Positions 1 through 20,082 of a stretch of 64,000 nt of DNA are shown piece after piece. The notes beneath the pieces were generated by a model. That model was not told the DNA's origin. It ran no database searches and saw only the letters and a list, made by a program, of their open reading frames with translations. Both the position numbers and the translations under genes were made by a program. This stretch comes from Vitrella brassicaformis CCMP3155 (Eukaryota > Protista > Chromerida): assembly GCA_001179505.1 (NCBI GenBank), contig CDMY01000410.1, positions 1 to 64,000 on the forward strand, read 5' to 3'. Every line of letters begins with the position of its first letter. The first letter of the stretch is position 1.

Positions 1-130
1 TTAATAGCCAACCACCACACACACATAGACAGAGACACACAGATGCAAAGCCCCTTCCCTGGCTCACCATCCCTCGATTGGCTTGATGGCTGTCTGCCTG
101 TGGCTCGCTGGTTGGTTGGTTGGTTGGTTA

Positions 131-3100
131 GTTTGACATCGTCGATGGAGAGATCGTGATAAAGCAGCCCAATCCGAAAGTGCCGCCGGGTGATTACGAC
201 ATTTCCCTCCCGCCCAAGCCAGAAGTGGGCAAGCCGGCGCCACCTGCCGAGGAGGTCGTCATGACTCCATTCCCTCCATCCCTTCCAGAGGGCCCTCAGT
301 ACGGCCCGATTGGCGGAGCCCCGCCCCTCCGCCCGTCGGTCATGATCAAGCCTGTCTGTACAGGGACCCGTCATTGGATCGAGATGGACCTGCCGGGCAA
401 CTTTGTGGTGGATCTTACCAAGAACATCACACTTGCAGGCGAGGATGGCCTGCTGACGATTGATGGGGCGGACGTGAAGGCTGATTCTAAAGTATGTGGT
501 CTCAAGGGTCAGTCAAGATTCTTATGTGTCCCACTGCGTATGCCGCCCGCTTGCACATCATATGCGTGTGTGCAGATTCGTGCCGCTGGTGGAGCTGGGG
601 AGATAGAACACCACCTTCGCATTACTGCCACACAGGACAGCCCTGAGCTCAAAGAATTCCTCGAGAGACTCTTCCCATCGGCAACGGAGAGTAAGGCGGT
701 CGACGTGAGCATCTTTGTTGTGGCCTATGACGAGGACGAAATACCCAGCGACGTGAGTAACGCCACGGGAGCACGTACAATCGTCATGCTCGAAACAGCA
801 ATAACGACTGGTGACCGAAGGTCCTCTGCTTCGAACGTCTACCACGTCATTCGATCCGGCCTCCTGATGTTCCATGAAGTTGTGGTACCGCTCTCAGCCT
901 CTTATCTGCCTGACACAGTGGATACATATTTGAGGGGCTCATTCCTGCGGGTCAGAAACTCATTCACCATCGAAAGTCCCAGAGATGTGACGAAGAAGCT
1001 GTTCATTGATACGAACGTTAAGGATGTCTTTCTCAAGGTGCCCTTTACACACCGATCATATCGTCAGATTGAGGACCATGCCTTTTCTTGTTTAATGGCA
1101 TGTTTGTCGTCAGTACACGACGGACAGTGAGGGGGAGGACATGCCGTACCTCCACATCGAGCAGCTCAATGTGACTGCGATCAAGCGGATCGAAAGCATG
1201 GCGCGCGACGGCCCACTGCACGTCTACATGGGGCGATACACGATCATCCTGATCACCCCTGGCTCGACATTGGATCTCGACCTTACCCAAGACATTGAGT
1301 TGAATATTCCTGAAAACGACACCGTGCCGTCATCGTACTTCCAGGTGCTGCAGGCCAAGCTCGTGATGGATGAGGCAAGCGATGCAGAGACCGAGGGCAG
1401 CTCGGCGCAAGCAACAGGTATGGTATACAGTCAATGAAGGGATGAACAGCCTTAGCTGAGTCACTGAGTCGTTTTCAGATGCACACGACTACAAAAGTGA
1501 CAGGGAACAAGGCGCACAGCCAAACGACACAGCCACCACGGGAGGCGACCTCGGAGCACCTGTGAATGAGTCGAACCATACTGTCGGCTTCAACTGTATC
1601 GAGCTCAGGATTCACTGCCAAATCATGGTGAGCGGAAAGTGCGAATGTCACATATTTGAATTTCCTGCGTCTACTTTTTGTTCAGTACCGCACCACCCCG
1701 TCCGGCACACTTTGGCCTTTCCTCGTGATAGACGGCCCATTCCCGGAGCTCGACCGTCAGATCATCGAGGCCGTTCCAGAAGGCAGTCCAGCACGACTTA
1801 GCTCTTACCAAGCCGTCAACATCGTGGGAACGATCAGTGGCTACCGACTACGCTTCCCTCTGCCGTCTCGCAAGGTGCCCGACCTGATGCATCCCGTCAC
1901 CGTGCTATCAGCAGTGGGAACTCGTGTTGTGCTCCAAGGAGACATGGCCAAACTGACTGTGGAGTACGAGAGCGACATCAACCTCCCCGACACGTTCCAC
2001 CCCTTCCTCGTCGCAACCCTTACTGGACCGCTGGCAAACGAGACATTGCAAGAGATATCGGCGGCCGGTGTCCAGAAGACCGCGAGGCTGATTGAGATCG
2101 TCTTCTGCTCAACTAGCTTCCAAGCGACGCGTCAAACACTGCTCCCAGTGCTGGCGACCGGGGAGGGTGATGTGGGCATCAAGCTGCCGTCCGGGGCCCA
2201 GCCGGACGTGGACCAGCCCGTCGTCATTTGGCTCAAGCGAGGCGAGGTCTCGACTTCTGTCATTGTCAACCCGGGGGATGCGGACATTTCTCTCACAGTA
2301 CATGCCCCACAGAAATTGCTCACATTAGATCCAAATGCTCGCCTGCCTGTTGTCCTTCGCTCAGTATACCGGTGGCGCTCAAGTGCGTCCGTTCTTGAGC
2401 ATCAAGCCGCGTGCACAACTCGCAGGAGAATTCGCTGGCGCGTTCCCCAAAGGATTGTCGACTCACCTGGTTCGCTACTTACAGCGCTGCGCGAGGGTGC
2501 AGTCGCCATTCGATCCCAGAGACGCCAACCTGCCGTCAGGTAAGATCCTCACAACTTTGACGGACGAATGTGTCTTTGGCGGAGTGCGTCTCTCAGGATC
2601 CTTGTGTCCGAGCTGGCCTCAAATGAACCCTTATGTGTATCGTGTGGACAGCTCTGCGCCGCCCCTGCATCTGTCGAGGGCAGTGGGGGCATCCATCACC
2701 TTCAAATGCAACGAGCCTTTCTACTTGCCGAGCGAGGGCCTTATGGGCATCACCAAAGAGGCGACATTCTGCGCCAGCAAGGGAGACCAGATGGCGTTGA
2801 AGCACCAGCGATACTCTAACAATACTCTGCCGCACTGGACGCCACTCAAGGGACTCAAATGCGAGCGTAAGCCGGGGATGAATTGCCGGAGTACAAGCAA
2901 AATGCTCATATTCTTTCTTCTCTTCCCTGACTGCTATATGTCACTGTCGGTCAGCCCGATGTCCCGCCTGGTGGCTCCAGCGTCTTGAAGCCGTCAAATC
3001 GAAACCGATTGCAGAAAGAGGGGGGATGGCGATTGTCAAGCCTGTGAGATCGGTTCCCGGCGAGACCGTCTACCCCATTCAGTGCAAGGCCGGCTATGAG

Positions 3101-4740
3101 GCCCACTGCCACACACCATCCCTCTCACTGCCGTCAGCTGTGCAAGAGGCCCACCGGTGCTCCAAGCGTGCCAAGTGCACCAATGGACAGTGGAACTCAA
3201 CCATTCAATGCTGGGGTATTCAATGCTGGCTGGGGTCGGAGGGAGGGAATACGCGCGCGTTGCCATGTCTCTGTTGCAATTCCTGTCGGCTTTGTTTGTG
3301 TGTGCGCGTGTGCAGCGATAGGCAATATCGGCGTATCAGGAGGCCCCGGTCACGAGAGTGCCAGCGGCCCTCACGCCATCAAGGGCGCCACCATCCTCCA
3401 AGCAAACCCGACATTGCTTGCTGTCACGGTCGGCGCAGTTCAGCTCGACACCTCTAACCCATTCAGAGGCTCTGACGGGTTGGCTTTCTCTGCCCGGGGT
3501 CTGGAGGCCGTCGCCAGCCCTCACGGAGGCGTCAAGATGTCCCCAACGGCAGAGGGCCACAACGTCACTTCGTATTACTTGCGCATGTTCGCTGCACCTA
3601 TAACAAGAGAACAAGGGAAAGAGCGGCTACGAGGGCCGCGAGTGAGACCTGTGCCCCTCGAGATACAAAAGTTCCAAGTGGTTCGATGGGCGCGCCAGAT
3701 GGCGTCCCACAGGTCTGCTCAGGGGGCGCCGATTGAGTTGGGATGTCGGTTGATGCTTGAGAATGTTGGCAAAAAAAGACAGACGCAGGAAGCGACTAAC
3801 GATGTGGCGGGCCATCACACGCACTTCATGCTCGCAGACAATTGCTTTCACGGTGAGCGACCTCCGGGCGCTTCCTACAGTGCAATACTTGCTGGCTGTC
3901 TGTGTGTGTAGGGTCCATTCGTATGGTTGGATTCTGGCGCCGCAGCCTGCTTGAGGAGCCGCGCACACCCAGCCATGAGATCAACGACGTGTACGAGGCA
4001 TTCCACAGATGGGAAAGGCAAAGAGACCGCCAAACCCCCCTTACCAAAGGTTAGTTGGTGAAATCACTGGCACAAAGCACGGACACAGATGAGGTTGACA
4101 TGTGTGTGGGTCTTGATCAGCCCGTCTGCCACTGACCACTCGCGGCATGGTCGGTCTCTTTCTGGCTGAGGAGCCTTACGTTGCGCTCGATGAGGCTGGG
4201 AGAGTCTCCAGGTGGACAAATGCTGCGCCAGAACTCATGAAGAAAAACAAGGATGCCAACATAGCGGCTGACATCGGGCTCGACCTTCTTAGCAGCGAAG
4301 ACATGGTCGAGCCGTTAGCTTTTGCTCAAGAGAACCCAATAGCAAGACCGCATTTTGATTCTACCAGGTCAAAGAACACAACACAAACAGACGGAGACAT
4401 GCAAATGTCTCTGTGTGTCTCTGCGTGCCTCTGTTTGTGCAGCCGCGTTCTCGACTTCAGGCAAAACCAGTTCCTTATTTCGTCCACAGAGCTGGACCTT
4501 TTTGACCCTTCTGACCGGTCCCAGGGGCTCACAATGGCTTTGGTCCTGCAGTCCAACAGCACGGCTTTAACGACAGGAAGGCAGCAGGTGTTGATCAACT
4601 ACAGCAGCGGATACCGGTGTCACCTCGACATGAATTTCCAATTGGGTATCAATATGGGACAGGCCGACCACATGACTGGCGCGGGAGCTGAGCAGCTGTG
4701 TCGGTCGCAGCAGAACAAGGGCACTGCACTGGCGCTGTAG
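131..4740 (+). CDS. Large multi-exon, 5'-truncated putative surface/secreted protein with two sushi/CCP-like modules and a C-terminal LamG/concanavalin-like domain
   Basis: A splice acceptor near 131 opens the frame FDIVDGEIVIKQP, followed by long same-strand ORFs (156-1130, 1141-1437, 1656-2543, 2335-2988, 3026-3457, 3096-3911, 4147-4740). Sushi-like Cys/Trp patterns: ITFKCNEPFY...FCASK...HWTPLKGLKC and IQCKAGYE...KCTNGQWNSTIQC. LamG-like start: GRVSRWTNAAP...AQENPIARPHF...VLDFRQNQFL. Exact exon joins were not resolved. Confidence 0.55.
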
Positions 4741-5280
4741 GCTAGCCGCCGTGCAATGAATTGAGTCAGAGTAGTAGCTGTACACGTGTGTGTCTTGGTG
4801 CATAGGGTGGCTGTCTGTCTGTGTGTCATGTGGCGCTTTATTGGGTGTGGCGCAGTGGACTTGTGCCGTTGGGCGCAGTTTTGTGCGTGTGTGCGTGTGT
4901 CGCTGTCAGTATTTGTACCGGGTGTGTGTAGGTAAGTCAGTGCACTCATGGGGCCCCTCGCGCAGTGAGGCGCCCCGAGCGCAGATGCGTGTGTCGCTTT
5001 GTGTCTCTTGGCACTACTTCTTGTCTCTGCGATTGATTCGCAGTGTCTGTGTCTGTGTCCGTGCCTCACTGACGTGCGTGGCCATCTTCTTGGAGGTGCA
5101 TTATGTCTGTCGACTTGATAATCCCGTCAAGCCAGCACAGCACGCAAGCTGTTGATCTGCGTGTTCGTTCACTCACAGTGCATATAAAGGGATATCGACA
5201 CATACACATCTGATGCGTGAGCGATAGCTAAGAATGCAATCGGTCCAGGCAGTATCAAAACCGACCCCCTGTCGTCCGCA

Positions 5281-6680
5281 TCACCTGTTCTGCGCCAGTT
5301 GCAGAGTGTACTCGTAAAGGAAGAGGGACAACGCACTGCTGGGCGCCGTCATGCACACGCGCGGGACCACACCTGCACACAAGCACACACGCAGCTCGAG
5401 TGCGCTCGCTACTCGTGAGCTGTCTGGTCTGACCTCTGAAGAATCCGCGCATGCCCTCTGCCTTCAGCAGATAACGGCCGTGGGCCAGCATCCCTGATCC
5501 ATCAAATAAATCCACACAAACAAACATAAGGCCGGCATGGCATGCATACCGATTTCTCTCGCGAGTCAGACATACTCATCTCACTCACTGACTCACCCGG
5601 CGAGTCCCCGTTGGGTCCGCTCCCCTTGCTCATCGCCTCTCTCCCCTTGTGCTCCATCAGCACGTCGGCATGGCGGCCCGGCTCGTGACACGGCGGAATC
5701 GGCATGGCTGTCTGCACCCGGGTCTTCAGCACGTCCACCGGTTGGGTAACAAACGCCGCCATCGCACCAGCCACCAGGCCCGATGCCAAATGCACAGCAG
5801 CTGCCGGCCATGTGAGATGTGAGAGGACGTCCTTGCTCGTCTCGTAGCATGACCACCACACGGCCGAGAAGGGCGTGTAGACGGCCGCTGCCACCCCCCA
5901 CCCACGGAAGAAGCCCCGGAGCCCCTGCTGGCTGTAAATGTGCTTTATAACCTGCCAGCTGTTTGACTGAGATGAGGGGCCGATAGGCTGGTGCGTCTTG
6001 TGCGTGGCGGGCAGCTCCTGAATCATCATGTGCTGGGCGACTATGTCGAAGGGCAGCCAGAAGGTCAGACACACCGCATCGGCAGCGACGCCGGCAACCC
6101 CAGGGATCACAAAAGACCGCACCCACATATCCCCATCTGTCTGTGTGGCAGCCGTGCTCTTGTCGCGCCGCTTCAGAAGTGAGCTCTTGGCCACGTTGTA
6201 GACCGTGTAGTAGAGGATGTCACCAGGGACAGACGGACACGCGCCCCACAGAAAGCCACGATAGAGGCCGCGGACACCGCTCCTCTTCAGCAAGCTCACG
6301 ATGTGCATGAGAGTGGACTCGTGCAGTGGGGCAGCGGTGGCCCCTCCCGATACTGCCCTGTCCATGGCGGCCCTGGTCTGCATCACCTGCTGCTGAGTCT
6401 TCAACAGGGACAGGGGGTACCAAAACTGAAGGACACACACAGACAGACAACAGACAGACAGTGTAAAGGGGCGTTGGCACAGGTGGTTGTGTATCTTACA
6501 CATTGCTCTGCCAAAGATATCACCTAAACACGCATGCGCATCAGTGTCACGTGCAGCGCAGCACAAGCAATGCATGCCTCCAGGTCTGTCTGTCTGTGTT
6601 GCTCCCTCCCTCCCTACCCCTTTGATCAGAGAAAAGCGGCCGATGTCGACTGTGTCCCATGGATTACTGGAGCCGTGCAT
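5281..6680 (-). CDS. Mitochondrial carrier family protein (SLC25A44-like), spliced
   Basis: Carrier signatures YPLSLLKTQQQ, LPFDIVAQHMM and QPVDVLKTRVQ, plus GVRGLYRGF and GLRGFFRGW motifs. The last exon reads VPRVCMTAPSSALSLFLYEYTLQLAQNR* (stop 5281-5283). ATG at 6680. Confidence 0.9.
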
Positions 6681-7058
6681 GGTAGGTACTCCAGTACTTC
6701 AACACTGCAAATCAGATCTATCAGCGCTCTGAGAGATCATCAGACACAGACGCACACAACTTGCTTTGCTTGTGTATTTTGTGCTGTGTTTTCTTTTTCT
6801 GTGCGTGTGCTCCTTGCCTTCCCTCCAGCTTGAATCGCCCCCCTGGCGGTTTCCAAGTGCGAGCTTGGCTTTTTCAAGGAAGGGGATCTGCCGAAAAGAG
6901 AGCGTCCAACGCCAGGGAGGCCCTCGACTACACGGCAACAGCCGCCCATCTATCAACTGGTCTGTGCCATCCATCCATACCGCACCAACACATACATACT
7001 GAGCACTCCGGACTCGAGCCATCTATCTGTGTGTGACGCCTGTGCAGCCAACGGGATC

Positions 7059-13468
<6,410 letters not shown>

Positions 13469-14087
13469 TCAGATAGACAATCTTCACACACGCACACACA
13501 CACACACACACACACCTCCGCCCTGCAGACACGAAGTCAGTCTAGTTGCTCGCGATTTTGTCCCTCTCTGTCTGGCTGGCTGGCTGGCTGTCTGGCTGCC
13601 CGTTTGCCTCTGCGAGTCTGGCTGGCTGAGACCATTTTCTCGTGTGAATGGATGGCTGGATGGATGTGGTCGTGTTGGTGGTGGGCAGTGCAGCGTGCAA
13701 AGCGCACTGATCTTTTTCGGCTGGACGGACGGGAGGGATCCGATCGGGAAAAGCCGAATTGAGCTGCGTGAGTGAGGACCGGTTGGCTGTTAGGGATATA
13801 CGTAGGGGACTGCGGGCCGGGCCACACGTGCAAAGCGAATGAGACGAATGCTGTCAGTCAGTGTCTCATTCGATCTTTCCTGCTCGCACTCATCATCGTC
13901 TGTGCCTCGGTCAGTCCACTCAACCGACTGCGCGCCCTGCCCTGCCCTGCCCTCCCATCAGTCAGTCATCCCCCACCCATCCAGAGACTCAGAAACCGCC
14001 CACTGCAGCCGTTGAGGCCCCATTGCGCCCCCATTGACCCCCCGTCTTCAACGTGAACTGAGTTACTTAGTGACCCCCCATCGCAGC

Positions 14088-17000
14088 CATGCAGCAGCAA
14101 GACGCCGCCCCAAAGGAGGATCTCCTCACCATTCAGAAAACAGAAGAGGTGAACGAGCCGCACGCACCTTCCAGCCCCTTCACTGTGCAGGTGGGGCTCG
14201 TTGTCTGTGTGACACTATTATTCGTGTGCTGCAGCTGTCAGAGTTCAAGAGGAACGAGCGTGATGGCTTCCTGCTGATGCGGGGCGACTCGCCCCTGATG
14301 GTCATGCAGATCGGTCACAAATACGAAGGGGTGAGGGGTGAGGGGGAGGGGGAGGGAGGGTGTCTATGTGTGTGTGCTCGTGCGTTGTGCATATGTGTGT
14401 GCAGGATGCGGCATTGGAGAGGAACTACGTGGCCGAGGACAAGTTCATCATCCCCGTGGGCTACAAGGCCGTCAGCAAGTGGGGTGAGGACGAAATCATC
14501 TTCATGACGCGCGAAGGACGGGACGGACCGGAATACCAGGTCCGACCACGACCAGCCAGCAACGAGATTCATGTCTTACACACAATTCGTTCACCTTGCC
14601 CACGAGCAGATCATCTATTTGCCCCGGAGTGCGGTGCAGGAGGATCTGACCGCCCTGCCATGGAGCGGCTCCATCCACCGAATGTGGGCAGACCTCGTCA
14701 AGACACTCAAGCAGGCCGCCGCCACAACCGCCACCCTTCAGGCCGGCGGCAAGACACAGACCAGCGCCCCCGGCGGACAGCCGGACGACAAGCGTGCGGG
14801 CGGCAATCTTGCTCACTTTGAGAAGGGGCCGTGGTGGGTGTTTGGCATTGCTGACGACGCCATCCAGCAGCACCTAAGCAGCGACAAGGGGACCACCACC
14901 AGTGGGCTGGGGGAAGTGCTGGGCTGTGGGGAGGGATCGGGGCCAAGCTTCGAAGGTCGGTAAAATGCTCTTTTGAAGCCCACCTTACTAAGGGAGGGAG
15001 GGAGTATCGTGTCTCTCTGTGCGTGTCATTAAATGGGGCGTGTTAATTAAGAGTACGGGAAATATCTTGGATACGACCCTGCCCGCGACGAGATGCTGCG
15101 GTGGGTGGTGGAGGTTATGATGAAGGAGCCGCTACCCAACCACCTGCAGCAAAACATCGTGGACGGACTGGTAAGTTAGACACCACACCCCTTTGAAGGA
15201 TCCATTCGCACACCGCCCCGCCCATGGGACCACTGGTGCCATGTGGTGTGGTGTGCTGCTTTGTCTGTGTGCAGGTGTACTGGGTCGACACGCGCAAGAA
15301 TGAGAGCACCTGGAAGCACCCACACGCCGACAAATACAAGTGAGCACATAGGCTGGCTGAGAGCCATCCACTCTTCTGTCTGTTGTTCACCGGGCTGTTT
15401 GTTTCTGTATGTACTTATTTCTCTGTCAGGGAGTTGTTGGACGCGGGTCGGCGGGACCGCCCGGTGCCCCACTGGCGGTCCATCGCCGCCTTTCAGATCA
15501 AAATGCTCATGCACAAAGTCATCAGAGAAGAGTGAGCAGCCAGCCATCCATCCATCCATCCATCCCCCATGGACAGCCGACACCAACCGCATGTGTCTCT
15601 TGGCCCACTGAAGGGATGAGGAGGTTGCGGCGTGTCTTGACGGCGGCGGCCGGCCCCCACGGCTGCTGTCTCTCGCTGACTGCTACACGACCATCAAGGT
15701 GAGTCGGTCGGTGGTCGGGTGGGTGGGTGGGATGGAGGGAGGGAGGGATAGAGGGAGGGAGGCAGCCTGCTTGCTTTGCCTGCGGTGTGTTGCGATCGAT
15801 GGCCATATATAGGATTTGGCTCGCATCTATGAGGTCGATCTGAAGGCAGAGCCATTCCTGGTCGGTTCCACAAGGGTTAAGCTAAGGGGTCTGTCTGTCT
15901 GTCTGTGTCTCCATCATCATCATCATCATCGCTCTCTGTGCTGTGTGTGCCCAGGCTCATGTGTTGCGCAAGGCTGCCCGCTACTTCTACCACACCGCCC
16001 GCAGACACGAGGTATGTTCTGTGGGCAAAGGACGTGCAGGCATCAGTGGACGCATACATACCCGTGTGATGTGCCTGGCCCTTGCTCATTTGCACATTCT
16101 ACTTTCAGGAGGTGCATGATGTCAGCGACTTCTATGCGCTCGTCCAGGTCTGCCTCGTCGGATGGATGGATGGATGGATGGACAAAACAAGGGGGACAGG
16201 AATGGCATCGCTGCTCTTCCCTCTGTCTGTCTGTCTGTCTGTGTGCAGCGATACCGCGATGTCGTCCAAAGTTTCGTCCAGCAGCAGGAGACAGGTGGGT
16301 GAGTCGGTGGGCAGGCGCCTCGACGCGATGCGGTGCGTGTGTATTTTCGTCTGTGCGTGTGTGCATGGCGCCCGTATGGTAGATCAGGAGTTGGTCCGCA
16401 ACCTCCTGCGCTGTGTGGAGTGTCGGCGCGAGAAGGCCACTGTGTTCTGCGACAAAAGTGAGGACCTCCTCTGCCAAAGATGCTACGAGGCCACACACAG
16501 CAAGGGACACAGAAGCCAACATTACATCACGCAGGTCGGTTGGCGACGGTCTCTCGATGTCTCTGTGTGTGGGGTCTGGTGGAAAGGTGTGTTTGTGTGT
16601 GTGTGTTTGTGTGTAGGTTGAGTTTGAGATGTGTGTTGAGTGTGGGCAGCAGGTGGCGGTGTTCCACTGCACCAGCTGCAGGGACAGCTTCTGCAGGAAC
16701 TGCTTCGAGCTGCTGCACATGAAGGGCGGTACGTCAGCCACCACACAATCACACTAACACTAACACCAGACAGACAGACACCCAGAGGGTGTGTGCAGGC
16801 CGCAGAGGGCACGTGCCGATCATACTGCGGGCACTCAACGCCTCCAAGGCCTTCCTGCCCAACAGACAAGGTCCCCAAACCCCACTTGTTGATTGGATGG
16901 GATGGCTGCTTATTTGTGCGTCATTGTGTTTAGGTGGTATGGTGTCTCTGCCCGCCTCGATGCGCCGCGCGAGCCCTCTGAAGGCCACGGCAGAGGCCGC

Positions 17001-17554
17001 GCACGTCCTCGCCAAAGTAAGCCACTCAGCCAAAAGAGACAGACAACCCATCATCAAGAGAAGCTCAGCTCTGTCGCTCGCTCTCTCTCTCTCCCTCCCT
17101 CTCTCTCTCTCTCTCTCTCTCGGGGTGTGTGTGTGTGTGTTGTGTGTTTTGATCAATCAGGTGCGAAGCCATTGGGTTCAGTTTGAGGACCGGCTGGGCC
17201 TCCCCGTCTTCTACAACCTCATGACAGACGAGGCGCGAAGGTCAGTCACAAAGCGCAGCGCACACCCACGCCAACACACCCGCAAAGGACGGACGGACAT
17301 GTGCCTGCGTGTGGTGCAGGGACATCCCCGCGAGCATGTTGAACGAGCCTCTCGAGTGGGTGGTGGGCGACCTCTCCTACGCCTTCGACCAGAAGGAGCC
17401 GCCACAGAGAAGCTGGGATGGCTACTCGGTGTCTGCGCCCTGGGTGAGCATTCTGGAGGGCAGGAAAGAGAGACGACAGCTGTCAAGTGGGGTCATCGCT
17501 GCCGCACTGAGACACGGCGGCAAACAGTCCCCCGCTGCTGCTGGCGTGCACTGA
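14088..17554 (+). CDS. Multidomain protein: FYR-like domain + CEP164-type WW module + two B-box zinc fingers + second WW-like segment
   Basis: FYR-like IIPVGYKAVSKW...GPEYQ...MWADLVKTL...GPWWVFGIADDAIQQHL. A splice (donor ~14955, acceptor ~15050) gives SFEEYGKYLGYDPARDEMLRWVVEVMMKEPLP...VYWVDTRKNESTWKHP. B-boxes CVECRREKATVFCDKSEDLLCQRCYEATH and CVECGQQVAVFHCTSCRDSFCRNCFELLH. Then HWVQFEDRLGLPVFYNLMT. Confidence 0.7.
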
Positions 17555-18056
17555 GGGAGGGAGGGAGGGAGGGAGGGAGAGGGGGGTTTGCTGGCTTCGT
17601 TCGCTTGTGTGTGTCTTTCTTGTTTGCTGGAGGGTGGTCCCGCGTGTGATGTGTTGTGTTGTGTTGTGTTGAGGGGGTGCGCCTCTCCATGCTTCTTTGA
17701 TGCTTAGGACATTTCTTGGACGGACGAGATGAATTGGTGAATGGCCAAATGAATTGGTGAATGGGGCAAGAGAGAGTCGAAGTCACTCATCACATCAATA
17801 TATGGGCCGGGCTGCTACGTTCGTGTCCGCAGCTCACGACCCCCTTCACGCATGCGCACATAGACACGGACATGCACTCAATGCATCAGGAAGTCATGAC
17901 GCCCCGCCCCCCAGCACAAACCGATAGCACCGGCCTACCACACACACATGCACAAAACTTCTCCCTCCCCTCCCTCTCCCCATATATCTCTCCCCGTCCC
18001 CGTCCCCGTCCCCGTCTCGGTCTGTCTGTCTGTCTCTGTCAGCCAAGGACCACCCA

Positions 18057-19989
18057 TCACACGATCCGCGGCCGGCATGTCTGGCCGTGGGGTGTGTTGG
18101 TGTTGGTAGATGTGTTGTGCGGGTAGCAGAGTGCGTATCGGTTGCTGTGTGGGTCATAGCGATATACACCACGTCCGGGAGGGGGCGGAGGGGGCGGTCG
18201 GCACACCACACTGCCAGTGCCACCCCCACCCACGCCAGCACCCACACCATGCCCCACAGCAGCATGCTGCACCAGCGGCATCTTGTGCATGGGTGTCATG
18301 TTGCGGGTGGGCGGCGGGAGCGTCTGGCTGGCCATCATGGTGCCGCTGCTGCCGCTGCCGATGGTGTATGTGTGGGTGTATCGGTGGGGTGGGATGGGAG
18401 GGGGCGGGGGAGCGATGGGGGCGGGAGTGGGTGTGGGGGTGGGGGTGGTGTGCATGTGGTTGAGCCAGCGGTGGAAGAGGTCCCGGGCAAGGAACACGTC
18501 ACCAGTAGCTCCATAGACCGACAGCGTGAAGTAGGGATAGCTGAAACGCTGGACGGCAACCTGACGCAATCATCCACACACACGCACCTGCCATGAGTGT
18601 TGGGATGGATGGGTGTGTTTTCTTGTAGCCGTGTGCAGTGCACCTGGTCTGATATGGTGATGTCGGTCTTGCTGTGGCGGGCCAGACGCCGCACCCACTA
18701 CTTGACACCGCCACACACACTCACCTCCAACACACCTGCGCCCACACATCACACACACACAACACAATGGCACACACATGGGCGACTCTGTCCAGTGGAC
18801 GGCTCACGTGCGATGTTTGCGGGTATTTTGAGGTTGGCGAACGCGTGTTGGCCGCTCCTCGTGTGATCGCAGCTGTAGATGGGATGCACGTCACTCGCAC
18901 ACACGCCAACACCACCACCAGCAGACATACCGTACTGAGAATACCCAAACCCCCCACCATACCCACTCTGACACACAACACACACACAACCACACACACA
19001 CACATGCGCGCGCGCGGGGAGACAGAGAGAGGCTTCACACACAAATGGCTTACAAATGCCCTTGTGCGTACATCGCCCCACCCTGCCACCTTGTGTGTGC
19101 GTGTCTGCTGCGAGTACCCGTACCCCCCTCCGCCCAGCCCCCCCTGCACCATCCCCCCTCCACCCACAGCCGAGGTCGTCGTGGCTGCCGTGCCGCCCGT
19201 GGCGGGGGCCGTGGTCATCGTCAGTGCCTCGAGTATGCCGTTGAACGCGCTGTGGATGCCCTGCAGGCTGCCACGACACTGCACGCAACGCTGGTTGCTG
19301 CTGGTGGGGTGGGGGTCGTCCTGCAACACATGCATCCAAACACACACACAAATACAAACACACACACACGTCGATATGGGTGGATGGATGTGTGTGTGGC
19401 ACGTACGCCTCGGGTGATCTTGATGGAGGCGTCGGACATTTTGCAGATGCGACGAATGACACAGCCGCCCTTACCGAGCACACGCCCTACCTGGCAATAC
19501 ACACGACACTTTGCCTCCTTCTCTTAACAAACATTAAATCTGTGGTGTGGCTCACCTGGGGAGGGGGGATGAGGAGAACGAAGACAGGGCGGGATGACCG
19601 ATGCATGTACGACGATACCTGCCCGACAAACACCACATCCATCCGTCCGTCCATCCATCCATCCATGCATCCCGGCAATTGCACTGGCACGTGCGTACCT
19701 CCAGCAGCTTGGGGAAAATGATATCCAATGCCTTCTGGATCTGACGCGCCTCGCCAGCGATGCTCACCATGACGCCCTGCGCCGTCGACGCCACACTGCA
19801 ACCGTACTGTGCGAGGATCTTCGAGTGCCACCCCTTGCGCCCGATGAGGCCGCCCGCGAAGGCGAGAGCATGGCCGTCGGCGAAGGGAATGAGGAAGCGA
19901 AAACTGCTGCTGCCGCTGCGGGAATCCATGGCTGGAAAAAATGCTGGCCAGGGTGGGGTGAGTTGGGGCAGGTTTGCGAGCTTAGCCAC
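18057..19989 (-). CDS. KH-domain RNA-binding protein (three KH repeats, Pro/Gly-rich tail)
   Basis: KH1 FRFLIP...AGGLIGRKG, KH2 FVLLIPPPQVGRVLGKGGCVIRRICKMSDASIKIT, and degenerate KH3 AFANLKIPANIA...RRLARHSKTDITIS...TLSVYGATGDVFLARDLF. Start (19989 or 19929) and 3' end are approximate. Confidence 0.8.
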
Positions 19990-20082
19990 GCTGAATCAGC
20001 GCATAGGTCACATGATCATGTGGCTTTGGAGATAATTGTGTCATTTCCATTATCCAGCCACTGTACGTTGGAAAAGTGAGAG

